Part shown: piece by piece, positions 49,480-60,100 of the stretch
How the letters are laid out: every line of letters starts with the position of its first letter
Numbering within the stretch: the first letter of the stretch is position 1
DNA from: Rhodothermales bacterium
Lineage (GTDB): Bacteria; Bacteroidota; Rhodothermia; Rhodothermales; Bin80
Length of the DNA stretch: 61,930 nucleotides
Assembly (NCBI GenBank): GCA_022820435.1
Contig: JAJEFL010000191.1
Span: 1 to 61,930 of the forward strand
Direction: 5' to 3'
Notes under the pieces: generated by a model
Told to the model about the DNA's origin: nothing
Databases searched by the model: none
Seen by the model: the letters and a program-made list of their open reading frames with translations, nothing else
Position numbers and translations under genes: made by a program

Positions 49480-50871
49480 TTATTGGCCGCCGGGAATGCC
49501 GGGTTGTGTCATATTTCGCACATCAAGTAGTGCATCAAGTGTCGTTTCGTCCAGAATATCCATATCCCGAACGACATCTCGTACCGTACGCCCAGAGGCG
49601 ACCGCTTCTTTGGCAATTTTGGCGGCCATATCATATCCAATTGCACTGTTGAGCGCAGTTGCAAGAGATGGATTCAATTCCAGAAGTTCCTGACAGCGGG
49701 CACGGTTGGCTTCCAGATCAGAGAGGCATTTATCAACGAATGCATTGCTTGCACCGGCGAGCAATGCAATACTTTCCAGAAGCGTAACCGCCATGACCGG
49801 CATCATTACGTTCAATTCCAGATTTCCATGCTGTCCACAAACGGTCAGGGTTGTATGATTGCCCATGACCCGTGCACAGGCCATCATCATTGCCTCACAG
49901 AGTACTGGATTTACTTTCCCGGGCATGATGGAGGAACCGGGTTGGAGGGATTTGAGGGAGAGTTCGGCAATACCACTGGTAGGACCACTGGAGAGGATTC
50001 GGATGTCGTTCGCAATTTTCATGAGCGAAACCGCAACGGTATTGAGTGCACCGGATGTCGACACAATTGCATCCCGTGCAGATTGCGCCTCAAAATGGTT
50101 TTCTGCTTCTCGAAAGGGTACCCCGGTTGACTCACTGACATAGGCGAGGGTCCGTTCGGGGAATTCCAGATGACGATTAATACCGGAGCCGGTTGCTGTC
50201 CCCCCCAGAGGCACCTCACACAGTTCCGCCTGTCCGGTCCGTACACGACTGATTCCCCGTGTCACCTGCATGGCATAACCGCCGAACTCCTGCCCCATCG
50301 TGATGGGGGTTGCATCCATGAGATGGGTGCGTGCACTCTTGACTACATCATCAAAATTTTGACTTTTTTCCTGTAATGCACGCTCAAGTCGGGTGAGAGC
50401 GGGGATGAGATGATCTTCAATCTCACACGCAGCAGCGACCTGTATGGATGTGGGCACCACATCATTCGAGGATTGGCACATGTTCACCTGATCATTCGGA
50501 TGAACCTCCTGATCTGTGAGCATTTTGGTGGCCAGCCGGGCAATGACTTCGTTGGCGTTCATATTGCTGGATGTGCCGCTTCCTGTCTGGTAGACATCAA
50601 TCGGGAACTGATCGTCAAGGTCACCGGCAATCACAGGTTCTGCCGATTTACAGATGGCATCTGCAATAGAGTGATCCAGCATTCCCGTATCTGCATTCGC
50701 CTTTGCGGCCGCATGTTTGATTTGCCCCAGTGCCCGGATGAATGCACGAGGCATGCGTTGTCCGCTGATCGGGAAGTTGTCTACTGCCCGCTGCGTTTGT
50801 GCGCCATAGATTGCATTGGAAGGGACGCGCACCTCCCCAAGCGAATCTGTTTCAATTCGAAAGTCACTCAT
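49480..50871 (-). CDS. fumC: Class II fumarate hydratase
   Basis: QTGSGTSSNMN, QSSND, RTHLMDA and GSSIMPGKVNP. Confidence 0.94.
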   Translation of the reverse strand: MSDFRIETDSLGEVRVPSNAIYGAQTQRAVDNFPISGQRMPRAFIRALGQIKHAAAKANADTGMLDHSIADAICKSAEPVIAGDLDDQFPIDVYQTGSGTSSNMNANEVIARLATKMLTDQEVHPNDQVNMCQSSNDVVPTSIQVAAACEIEDHLIPALTRLERALQEKSQNFDDVVKSARTHLMDATPITMGQEFGGYAMQVTRGISRVRTGQAELCEVPLGGTATGSGINRHLEFPERTLAYVSESTGVPFREAENHFEAQSARDAIVSTSGALNTVAVSLMKIANDIRILSSGPTSGIAELSLKSLQPGSSIMPGKVNPVLCEAMMMACARVMGNHTTLTVCGQHGNLELNVMMPVMAVTLLESIALLAGASNAFVDKCLSDLEANRARCQELLELNPSLATALNSAIGYDMAAKIAKEAVASGRTVRDVVRDMDILDETTLDALLDVRNMTQPGIPGGQ

Positions 50872-51031
50872 GGTGTATAAATGAAGGTATAGGAACAACT
50901 AATATACAACGAAGGCTATGGGAATACTATCCAAAAGCAGCAATGAGGGGAACCTTTCCCATTCAGGTGGACAAAACGGGGACAACCGGGAAGGATAGTG
51001 CCTCCCCGATTGCCTACACAGCACCATCCGC

Positions 51032-52315
51032 TTGATGCTGTGCCCGTTTAAGGATTATAAGACAAAGTTGCTGGTTTGTTCAAGGAAACGGCAGTATGCG
51101 GATATCTGCTTTCGTCTGCGAGGCGACAGGAAGACCTGCCGGTTCCTGAGTGAACCGGCGGGTCTTAACCGGTATCTCTGGAATGCGGCGCTGGCAAAGT
51201 ATCCGTCCGAAAATCTATCTATACCAAGGATGTTCATATATGGATACTGAAGATGTGATCTGTACCTGTCGCTAGACAGTACCAGTATGGAGTTGGATCC
51301 AAAACAATAGGGGATGATCTGCATTGGTCGTCCTGTGATCTGGAAAGAGGCAGGGGCAGGTCTAAATTCCAGAAAGGATCTGGCGGATGCCTACAAGCAG
51401 CTCTTCAAGAAAAAAGGTAAGGCAGGCAAAAGCTTCGCCGTAGACTTATCTGGAGGACGCAGATTTTCAAAGAACGGGTATTTTCGGTTAAAGCCGGGCA
51501 TGTATGTGAAGATGCTGCGATTTTATTGAGTGAACCGTTACACAAACCCCGTGCCCAAGACGGCCCGCATCTTTGAAGAGAAAGGAAACTGGTACATGAC
51601 GGTCGTCTACGAAGTGGACGCGACCCTGCAAGACGCGGACGGCATTGGGGTCGACCGTAATTGCGGGCAGGTTGCGGACAGTGCGGGAAGGATCTTCTAT
51701 CTGACCGACACCTCCGGTATTGAAAAGCGCATTCAGAAGCTTCAACGCCGACTATCGAAAAAACAGAAAGGAAGTCATTTCTGGAGGAGACGAAAGAAAA
51801 CCATCGCACGCCATGAACGCAAGATCAAGAACATCCGAAGGAATGACTTGCGTCATATTGCCTTATCGCTCACCGAAATCTCTGCGCTTGTAATCCTGGA
51901 AGACCTGAAAACCAATGGTATGACCGCAAGCGCGAAAGGAACGGTCGAGAATCCGGGCAGGAAGGTGAAGCAGAAAAGGGGACTGAACCGCTCGATACTG
52001 GGAACAGGATGGGCGATACTGGAGCAGTTCCTGCGAGAGCGAGATGTGGTGATCAAGGTGCCCCCGCATTCTACATCACAGACATGTAGCAAGTGTTCCT
52101 GTGTGAACGCAAAGAACCGGCAAAGGCAGTCCGAGTTTCTATAACTGGCGTGCGGGTATCAAGCGAATGCGGACACGAATGCGTCCGTAAATATCCAGGC
52201 ATCGGGGGATGGCATGCTGGCACGAATTGTGCCGAACGGATTGTGGAGCCTATGGTTGACCTGTCCTTGCGGAGCGCAAGCCTGCAATGACAGGCAACGG
52301 GCGATGAAACACTAA
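51032..52315 (+). pseudogene. tnpB: Decayed IS200/IS605-family tnpB (RNA-guided nuclease), with no tnpA nearby
   Basis: One frame with AGLNRYLWN, KDLADAY, GVDRN, ILEDL, TSQTCSKC and CGY..NADTNAS, interrupted by stops at 51248, 51308, 51527 and 52142. Confidence 0.88.
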
Positions 52316-52350
52316 AAAGACCATGAGAGTTGTTGCTCATGGACATAATT
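52200..52350 (+). ncRNA. Putative omegaRNA/right-end region of the tnpB element
   Basis: Lies at the tnpB 3' end; hairpins CTTGCG-gag-CGCAAG (52266-52280) and CCATGAG-N8-CTCATGG (52321-52342). Boundaries are a guess. Confidence 0.4.
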
Positions 52351-52419
52351 CCCAAGGCTATAAACGAATCCTATACCTTGTTGTAATATATAGATTCAAA
52401 ACAAATCGAAGGGGTTCCC

Positions 52420-53292
52420 GTGAAGATCATTCGGACAGTTCAAGAAATGCAGGTATACGCGGATATGCAGCGTATGCATGGCCGCAAATTAGCATTGGTC
52501 CCAACCATGGGCAGCCTGCATAAGGGGCACCTGTCTCTTGTAAAACGTGCGCAGGCGGAAGCAGATCATGTTACGGTGTCTATCTTTGTCAATCCGACCC
52601 AGTTTGGGCCTAGTGAAGACTTTGAAGCCTATCCGCGTGATTTTCAGAGAGATTGTGCGTTACTGGAGGAGTTAGGCGGGGTCAGTGCGGTCTTCGCTCC
52701 GAGTGAAACAACACTCTATCCTGCGGGATCCGACCAGCAGCGTGTATGGATCACTTGTCCGGAAATGTCCAGCCAACTGTGCGGCAAATATAGATCGGGG
52801 CATTTCAGGGGAGTCCTGACGGTGGTCATGAAACTGTTCGCGGCGTGCAATCCCCACATCGGGGTATTCGGTCTTAAGGATATTCAGCAGTTTGTTCTGT
52901 TGAAGAAGATGATTGAGGATTTGTCGCTTAACATAAAAATTATTGGAGGCGAGACAGTTCGTGAAGCGAATGGTCTGGCGTATTCTTCCCGTAATGAGTA
53001 CCTCACGGCGGAGGAGCGTCATCAGGCAGGGATAATTTCGGAGGCGATCTACTCGGCAGTCCAGATGATTGAAGCAGGGGAGAAAAGTCTTGAAACGGTA
53101 ACCGGCAAAATACATGAGACGATTGGCAGCGTGCCGCAGGCAAAATTACAGTATGCAGAGATTGTCACTGCCGGTACACTCCAGCCGGTTGAACAATTTA
53201 TGCCGGGCATGCAGGTGATTATTGCGCTTGCGGTATATTTCCGGCAGATTCGTCTCATTGATAATGCTTTTGCTCTTGTTCCAGCGCAGTAG
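52420..53292 (+). CDS. panC: Pantoate--beta-alanine ligase
   Basis: VPTMGSLHKGH, SIFVNPTQF, GHFRGV, FG.KD.QQ, SSRN and RLIDN. Confidence 0.96.
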   Translation: MKIIRTVQEMQVYADMQRMHGRKLALVPTMGSLHKGHLSLVKRAQAEADHVTVSIFVNPTQFGPSEDFEAYPRDFQRDCALLEELGGVSAVFAPSETTLYPAGSDQQRVWITCPEMSSQLCGKYRSGHFRGVLTVVMKLFAACNPHIGVFGLKDIQQFVLLKKMIEDLSLNIKIIGGETVREANGLAYSSRNEYLTAEERHQAGIISEAIYSAVQMIEAGEKSLETVTGKIHETIGSVPQAKLQYAEIVTAGTLQPVEQFMPGMQVIIALAVYFRQIRLIDNAFALVPAQ

Positions 53293-54307
53293 GTTTGCGA
53301 TCTATGCATGCCTTGGCTGTCTGATTGCAGCCCATCATCCGGCCTATGGCCAGAAAGATACCATGTATCCAATTCTGGAGGATGGTCTGTTTGGATTTAT
53401 CAACAGCAGCGGTGAGGTCATTATTGAACCGAAATATGACGGAGCGAAAACATCTTCCGAAGGGCTTGCTGCGGTGCGACTTGGCTACTCGTGGGGATTC
53501 GTTGATCTACAGGATTCCGTACGTATTGCGCCGCAATTCTCGTCTGTTTTCCCGTTTTCGGACGGTATTGCCCGTGTACAGTCTGGGCAGTACTGGACTT
53601 TTATTGACAGGAACGGAGAGCGGATTACCGATGAGTATTTCATGTCTGCGTTGGATTTCAGCAGCGGTTTAGCGCCGGTACGTGTGCGACCGGGCACGGT
53701 TGCCGGACTTGAACCCAAGTGGGGGTTCATTGACCGGGAGGGCGAGATGGTTGTACCGGACCGATTTGTTCGTGCGCTCCCGTTCTCGGATGGAATGGCC
53801 GCCGCTGAGGTCACCCGAAAGGTGATTGTGGTCAGCATTAACACGCGTTGGGGCTTACTTGCTCCAGACGGTTCATGGATTGTTGAGCCGGAATTTCACT
53901 CCATGCGGAATCCCTCGGAAGGTCTTGCCCTTGTCCGCAAGGGCCGGCAGCGCGGGTTCATTGATGCCACCGGGGCCTTTGTGCTGGAACTGGACTATGA
54001 ACAGGTTTTTTCGTTCAAAGAAAACCGGGCGCGGGTGAATGAAGGGGGTTTATGGGGATTTATTAACCGGGAGGGCGAGGTTGTGGTTGCGCCCGGTTAC
54101 CAGAGGGCGGATGATTTTTCAAATGGCCGTGCGCTGGTGTTAACGGGGGACGGATATGGATTTCTGGATTCAACGGGAACCATGGTGATTCCCCCTCAAT
54201 ACGAGAAGGCCTCCTCCTTTGACCGGGGGCTTGCCTGGGTTACTCTGGACGGGAAGTCAGGATACATTGATACGACCGGTATTTTCGTCTGGCGAGAAGA
54301 CGAGTAG
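53264..54307 (+). CDS. Secreted WG-repeat protein
   Basis: Repeated WGFID...F(S)EGLA.V units of about 35 aa; start uncertain. Confidence 0.85.
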   Translation: MLLLLFQRSRFAIYACLGCLIAAHHPAYGQKDTMYPILEDGLFGFINSSGEVIIEPKYDGAKTSSEGLAAVRLGYSWGFVDLQDSVRIAPQFSSVFPFSDGIARVQSGQYWTFIDRNGERITDEYFMSALDFSSGLAPVRVRPGTVAGLEPKWGFIDREGEMVVPDRFVRALPFSDGMAAAEVTRKVIVVSINTRWGLLAPDGSWIVEPEFHSMRNPSEGLALVRKGRQRGFIDATGAFVLELDYEQVFSFKENRARVNEGGLWGFINREGEVVVAPGYQRADDFSNGRALVLTGDGYGFLDSTGTMVIPPQYEKASSFDRGLAWVTLDGKSGYIDTTGIFVWREDE

Positions 54308-54458
54308 GTTCGATTAGAACAGAATATTTTTTCTCTGGCTCACTCAACAAAGGCTGTGGCATAACCCCCGGTGACACAAAAGACATGTAAGGGAGCGAGC
54401 ATTGGGTTGTCTTGTTCCCCCCACAGTCCCGGAAACGTATCTTTGTAACCGATCCGTC

Positions 54459-55502
54459 TCACCGCTCGTTACGATTCTGTATGACAGTGTCCACGAACTC
54501 CAATACCGCTGAGCATGCTTTTTCCCATTCTTTACTATTCTTGAAGGACAGCGAGTGGCCGCCGTGCGGCCATTCCCTGAGATCGACTGACTCACCAAGT
54601 CGGCCAAGCGCATCGTCTCCGCCCAACTGCTCGGCTTGCGGCAGTATGCTCACGCTATAGATGCCTTCCCCGAGGTAACCGGCCTGTACGCCGAAATAGC
54701 CTTTCCAACTCTTTGAACCATTGGGCCTCGGATCCATAAACCGGAAACTGATCCCTGTTTTGCCTATCTGCTCCCATGGGCCCTGCTGTGGTAGACGCTC
54801 TCGAATGTCGTTGCACACACGATCAAAGTACTGTTCGTAGCTGTGCTCTTTCAAATAGTGTCGCAAGGCTTGGCGTTGCTCAGCCGCAGTGACGGCACGA
54901 GGGCGCATCTGGTTTCCGCCATCTGGACTTACCTTTATTTGTCGAGCCAACAAGGTCTCGCCATCCCGACGGTACCCATGGAAGGTGATGACCGAGAGTT
55001 CAATTGCCCCTGCTGATACGAATTGCGCCATTCGTTCGGTGGCTTCATCAATGCCAAAACCGACCAAGGCCATCCGCGGCGGTAACAAGCGGGACAGATC
55101 ATCATCTCCGAACGTGTCGGAGTACCACTGTTCGAAGTTCTCAATTCGCGGAATACCAGCTTCCCCCGAGCGATCCGAAATGTGTTTGGCAACTTCTGCC
55201 GGGGTCATGGAATTCAGTGCCGAAGCATAGTCCAGAATCTGCGTCACGGCATCCCGTGCGAGGTTGCCACGCTTCAATTCGTAGACTACCAGGCGTCCGT
55301 CGCCGTCAACCGCAAGTAGGTCCAACCATCCTCCAGCGGTTGGTGTCTGTCGCCCAACCAACTGTAGCCCAGTCTCAATCATTTCCGGGTTGGAAACCAG
55401 AACGTTCTCAAACTCCCATTCGGTAGGCATCTGTGAGAGCTTTGGGACGGGTTCGATTCTGTTTGATCCGTCTACAGCCCACAACTTGAGTTCCTGAATC
55501 AT
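54459..55502 (-). CDS. NucS/DUF91-like PD-(D/E)xK endonuclease domain plus an unknown C-terminal domain
   Basis: LVGRQ...LDLLAVD.DG.LVVYELKRG...AVTQILDY. Confidence 0.75.
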   Translation of the reverse strand: MIQELKLWAVDGSNRIEPVPKLSQMPTEWEFENVLVSNPEMIETGLQLVGRQTPTAGGWLDLLAVDGDGRLVVYELKRGNLARDAVTQILDYASALNSMTPAEVAKHISDRSGEAGIPRIENFEQWYSDTFGDDDLSRLLPPRMALVGFGIDEATERMAQFVSAGAIELSVITFHGYRRDGETLLARQIKVSPDGGNQMRPRAVTAAEQRQALRHYLKEHSYEQYFDRVCNDIRERLPQQGPWEQIGKTGISFRFMDPRPNGSKSWKGYFGVQAGYLGEGIYSVSILPQAEQLGGDDALGRLGESVDLREWPHGGHSLSFKNSKEWEKACSAVLEFVDTVIQNRNER

Positions 55503-55858
55503 CGCTTGGTAACCCGCTGATAAAGTACTTGTTTCGGTGTCGTGTCTCCAATAATATCACTCATGCCCGTACTGACTCTCTTTTCCATCGGTTTAAGGAT
55601 CAAGTGTCACAATATACTTCACTCGTCTGAAAAGATCAGTTGCACCTCCATCAAACTGTACAACCATAGTGTCAACACACAATTTATAGAGCCACTAATT
55701 CAGTGACCACATAGCCTCGGAGGGGGTTTTGAAGTTCATTGCTTAATCTAAGCCGTCAACGTTGCCATGTTGAAAATCTGCCTGATCATGGGTCTATCGG
55801 GAGTGGAACCTTCGAAAAGGTACTATGGTATACAAATTTATAAAGTTAGGTATCTTTT

Positions 55859-57139
55859 ATGCAAAACTTCCATCGTACACATGTCAAACGCTTGATAGAA
55901 TTTATATCAGGTACTTCCGACATGCGGCTTATCGCCATTATTGGTCCTCGTCAGGTTGGCAAAACGACCATTGCGCTTCAGGCCCGCCAGAAGTTGGTTG
56001 AAGCAGGGTTTACATGTCAGTACATTGCCATCGACAATCCACATCTAAATCAGCCGGGCTGGCCTGGAGATGCAGGCATCTCTGATACCACGCTGATCAA
56101 GAAATTTGCGAATCCAAAGACTCTTGTGAACATATGGGAGAGTGCCCGTGAGGCTTCGCTAAACTCTCCCCGGGGGCATGTTTTGTTTCTGGATGAAGTT
56201 CAACTCATTCCACAGTGGTCAAATTATGTGAAGGGGCTGTGGGACAGAGATCGTAGGGACGGCTATCCCCTCCGTGTGGTAATCCTGGGATCAGCAGTCT
56301 GGCAGATGCTTGTTGGCCGTAACGAGAGTCTCACAGGTCGTTTCCGTGAGTTACCCGTCAGTCACTGGTCATTTAGAGAAATGACCAAGGTGTTCGGCCT
56401 GACGGTTGAGGAATTTATGTTTTATGGCGGCTATCCTGCCTCCCTGCCCGACGAATCGGAAAAATCGCCGTTTGACTATTGGCGCGACTATATTGGAAAG
56501 ACAATTGTGGAATCAGTAATTGGTCGGGACATCTTGTTGCTGAAACAGATCAAGAAACCTGCCCTGATGCGCCAATTAATAGACATCGCCCCCAACTACT
56601 CTGGTCAGATCATGGCATACAATAAACTTTTGGGGTTACTTCAAGATAAGGGCAATGCAACTACGGTTAGGCATTACTTAGACTTACTTTCCGATGCAGG
56701 TCTGACGACCACGCTATCTCGATATACTCCAAAACCACACTTGGGCATCGCATCTCGTCCCAAGTTTAATGTTCTAAACACGGCATTGATGACGGCATTA
56801 TCAGGTTATTCGTTCGAGGAGGTCCAGATTGATCGATCCTTTTGGGGCCGTGTTGTAGAGAGTGCAGTGGGGGCCCATCTATGTAACACGCGGAATACGG
56901 CTACCCATATTCATTATTGGCGTGACAAGAATGGCGATTATGAGGTTGATTTTGTTATCTCACGCGGCCCCCATCTTGTCGGCGTGGAGGTTAAGAGCGG
57001 CAAGCAGCAGACACATCGCGGATTAGAGGCATTTAAGGATCGTTTTCCACATGCCAAAACAATGATCGTGGGTCCAGGTGGCTTTCCGTTCCGTGAGTTT
57101 TTGTCGTTGAATACCGACGAGTGGATTGAATATCTGTGA
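55859..57139 (+). CDS. AAA_14-type ATPase with C-terminal DUF4143 nuclease-like domain
   Basis: Walker A GPRQVGKTT, Walker B FLDEVQ, GS...ESLTGR, YGGYP and YWRD...EVDFV...VEVKSG. Confidence 0.88.
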   Translation: MQNFHRTHVKRLIEFISGTSDMRLIAIIGPRQVGKTTIALQARQKLVEAGFTCQYIAIDNPHLNQPGWPGDAGISDTTLIKKFANPKTLVNIWESAREASLNSPRGHVLFLDEVQLIPQWSNYVKGLWDRDRRDGYPLRVVILGSAVWQMLVGRNESLTGRFRELPVSHWSFREMTKVFGLTVEEFMFYGGYPASLPDESEKSPFDYWRDYIGKTIVESVIGRDILLLKQIKKPALMRQLIDIAPNYSGQIMAYNKLLGLLQDKGNATTVRHYLDLLSDAGLTTTLSRYTPKPHLGIASRPKFNVLNTALMTALSGYSFEEVQIDRSFWGRVVESAVGAHLCNTRNTATHIHYWRDKNGDYEVDFVISRGPHLVGVEVKSGKQQTHRGLEAFKDRFPHAKTMIVGPGGFPFREFLSLNTDEWIEYL

Positions 57140-60100
57140 ATCCAACCATGCAGCGTATCTCTCGTACGGTCACACTCATTGAACCCCAGAATGATCTGCG
57201 TTTTGGGAAAGCTGGACTGTCATTGCAGGACTTTGATTGTGATCATGGGTATGTTCTTCTGGGGGAGCCGGGAATGGGCAAGAGCACAGAGTTTGAATCT
57301 GCAATTGATGGATTTGATGGTAGACATTGTATTTTGGCCCGAAGATTTATCCGGGCCAATTTTGACCGTCACCCAGAATGGCGAACCCAAACAATTTTCA
57401 TTGACGGGCTTGATGAAATGCGTGTTGGTGGGGGAGACCCAAGAGCAGTATTGGACAAAATCATTTATGGTCTGGAAACCTTGGGGAGACCCAAATTCCG
57501 GCTGTCCTGCCGCGCTGCCAACTGGTTGGAGGCTGGTGACCGGAATGAGCTCGGTTCGCTTTTAGGCCTAAACGAAATTCCTGTACTTCAATTAGATCCG
57601 CTGAATTATGAGGGCATTCGGGAGATTGTTTCTCTACGGCGGCAGGATGCAAATTCGTTCATTCAGCAAGCCCATGAGCGCGGCATGGATGCCTTACTCG
57701 GGAATCCGCAACTTCTTGACTTCCTGATCACATCCGTCAAGGAAAAGGGCTGGCCTGACAGCCAGTCGAAAATGCATGAAAACGCCTGCCGGGAACTCGT
57801 CCGAGAACGAAATGACGAACATCGTGATGCCCGTTCATCCGATTCACTGCAATCCCAGGAAGCAATCTTAACCGCAGCTGGAAAGCTCTGTGCATGCATG
57901 CTGATCGCAAACAGGACTGGTTGGGCGAGCAATGATACGGATGACTCCGAGATTCTATCTGTCCGTGATTTGGAAAGCGACCAAGGTTTCCCCATCCAGG
58001 CAGCATTTGACTCAAGGATCTTTGAAGGTTCGCCCAGTTCCAAAGTTCCGATCCATCGCCTTATCGCCGAATTCCTTGGAGCCCGCTATCTGCACAAAAA
58101 AATCCAGAGAGGCCTAAGCGTCCGGCGTGCTCTCGCCCTTCTCATGGAGCACAATGGAATTTTTTTACCCGATCTAAGGGGACTGGCTGCCTGGCTCGCT
58201 GCGTTCAACGAGCAGGCAAGAGCAATTCTGATACAGATCGCTCCAATAACGGTGGCTTTCAATGGAGATGCCAGCGGTTTCAGTCCTATTGAGCGAAGTA
58301 AATTACTCGCGAAACTGGAACAACAAATCCATTTAAATTCCGAATGGCCTTCTGCTGTAGCCCTTCGTGCCTTGACCGGCAATGAGGGCGTACCAATTAT
58401 CCAGCATTTAACGAATTCACATGAACGTTCAAAAAACAGGCAAACGCTGGTTTATTTGCTCCTTCGGGGATGCTCACAAATGTATCTTGATACGAGCATG
58501 TCAGACTGGGAGACCGATCACGAAAGCCTGCTGAATATTGTTCGTGATCATAGTTGGCAATCAAGTGTTCGTTGCGAGGCACTCGGTGCTTTGAGCCGGA
58601 TATCTCATCAGATTCCGCAGTGTAGTGCTCTATTGCGAGACCTCCTTGAGGATGTGCAGGAAAAACGTATATCGGACGAAGAGCACGATCTGCGGGGCAC
58701 ATTACTTCATCTTATGTACCCTGACAGACTACGCCCTGAGGAGATATGGGATTATCTCGTGGCGGGGCCGGTTACTGCTTATTTGGGTGGTTATCGAAAC
58801 TTCTTTGCAAGACTCGTTGATAGGTCAAATGAGAGCGATGTCAAAGAATTACTCAACTCTCTTTGCGACCGTGCCTCCGAAGCCATTCCAAAATTAGAGG
58901 ATCAAAAACTTGCAGATGTTGTGCTCCGGCTTCTTGCAAGGGGGTTGGAATTGTTTGGAGGTGAATTGAGTATCCCGGAGTTGTACCGATGGTTTACACT
59001 GGTTGAATTCTACCATAATTCGTTACAACTTTCCCCAGTTCACACTTCAAACTCAAGTTTTAGCCAGCACGATGAAGCGGACAGTGCAATCCGTAATTGG
59101 CTGAATCAGCATAAGCGTATCCAGTACAGTCTTATTGAACATGGTCTATCCATTGAAGAAGCGAGCATTGGGAGCAAAGTTCTTATTGAAACTATAGGAT
59201 GCAAATTCGTGGGCAGGAATGCGCCAGAAGGATTTCGATTGTGGTGTCTTGAGCGTGCGGTACAGCTCTGGGACTCAAATCAAAATGTGGCAGGAGAACT
59301 CGCATCATGGTCCGTCTCTAATCTGATGCAAGTGGGCGGGGAGCCGCCCCTCTCGGATAAGGAGGTCAGTTCCGTAGTGTCTGGTACGCCTGGATTGGTC
59401 AAGTGGAATGATCAACGCCTAAAGATTAGGGCCCAAGATGAACTTGAGTTCAGTGAAATCAGGAAGAAACAGGCGGAAATCCGAAGTGTCCACCAAAGAC
59501 AAAAGCAGGAAAAACTTGAAATTCTTCGTCAACAACAAACTGAGTTGGAAAAGGGGCAATGCATGCCTGTAATTCTTGATGAACTTGCCCATGTTTACTT
59601 TGACAACTCTGGCACAAATGAAAATAATCCAGAGACTTGCCTGCGGTCATATTTTGAAGATGATGAGGGACTCGTTGAGGCAACGCTGGATGGGTTTCGC
59701 AGCCTGCTGGACCGGGATGATCTCCCGGATCTTGGTCAAATTGCCCAGTTCTATGAAGATGGTCATCGATCCTATTTTGCACTCCCTTTTCTTGCAGGAA
59801 TGGAAGAGGCATACAAGGTTAATGAGGATCTGAGCCATCTCTCCGAAACGGGGATTCGGCGTGCATTGGGATTTTATCTGACTACAGACTCTCCTCGTCA
59901 GCACTACTATCATTTAATCAATTATATGGGCGGTGACAGCACATCTCCCGCATGGTATGAGCAGGCATTAGAGCGCTATCCAGAGGCTGTGGCTGATTCG
60001 TTGGTTTCTGTGCACAACGCAACGGTACGCTCCAAAAATCCGCCGAATTCCGAAATGTACAAGATGGTCGATGATTCAGCCTATGCTGATGTGGCAAAAC

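Noticed and set aside
50884-52379. 11-bp inverted repeat AAGGTATAGGA/TCCTATACCTT flanking the tnpB relic
   Set aside because: IS200/IS605 elements lack terminal inverted repeats, and the copies sit in the upstream regions of divergent fumC and panC. Chance or a shared promoter-region motif is more likely.
53264-54307. WG repeats (and likewise the ssb repeats) as a CRISPR-like array
   Set aside because: The repeats are degenerate, in-frame and protein-coding, with no identical repeat-spacer structure and no cas genes.
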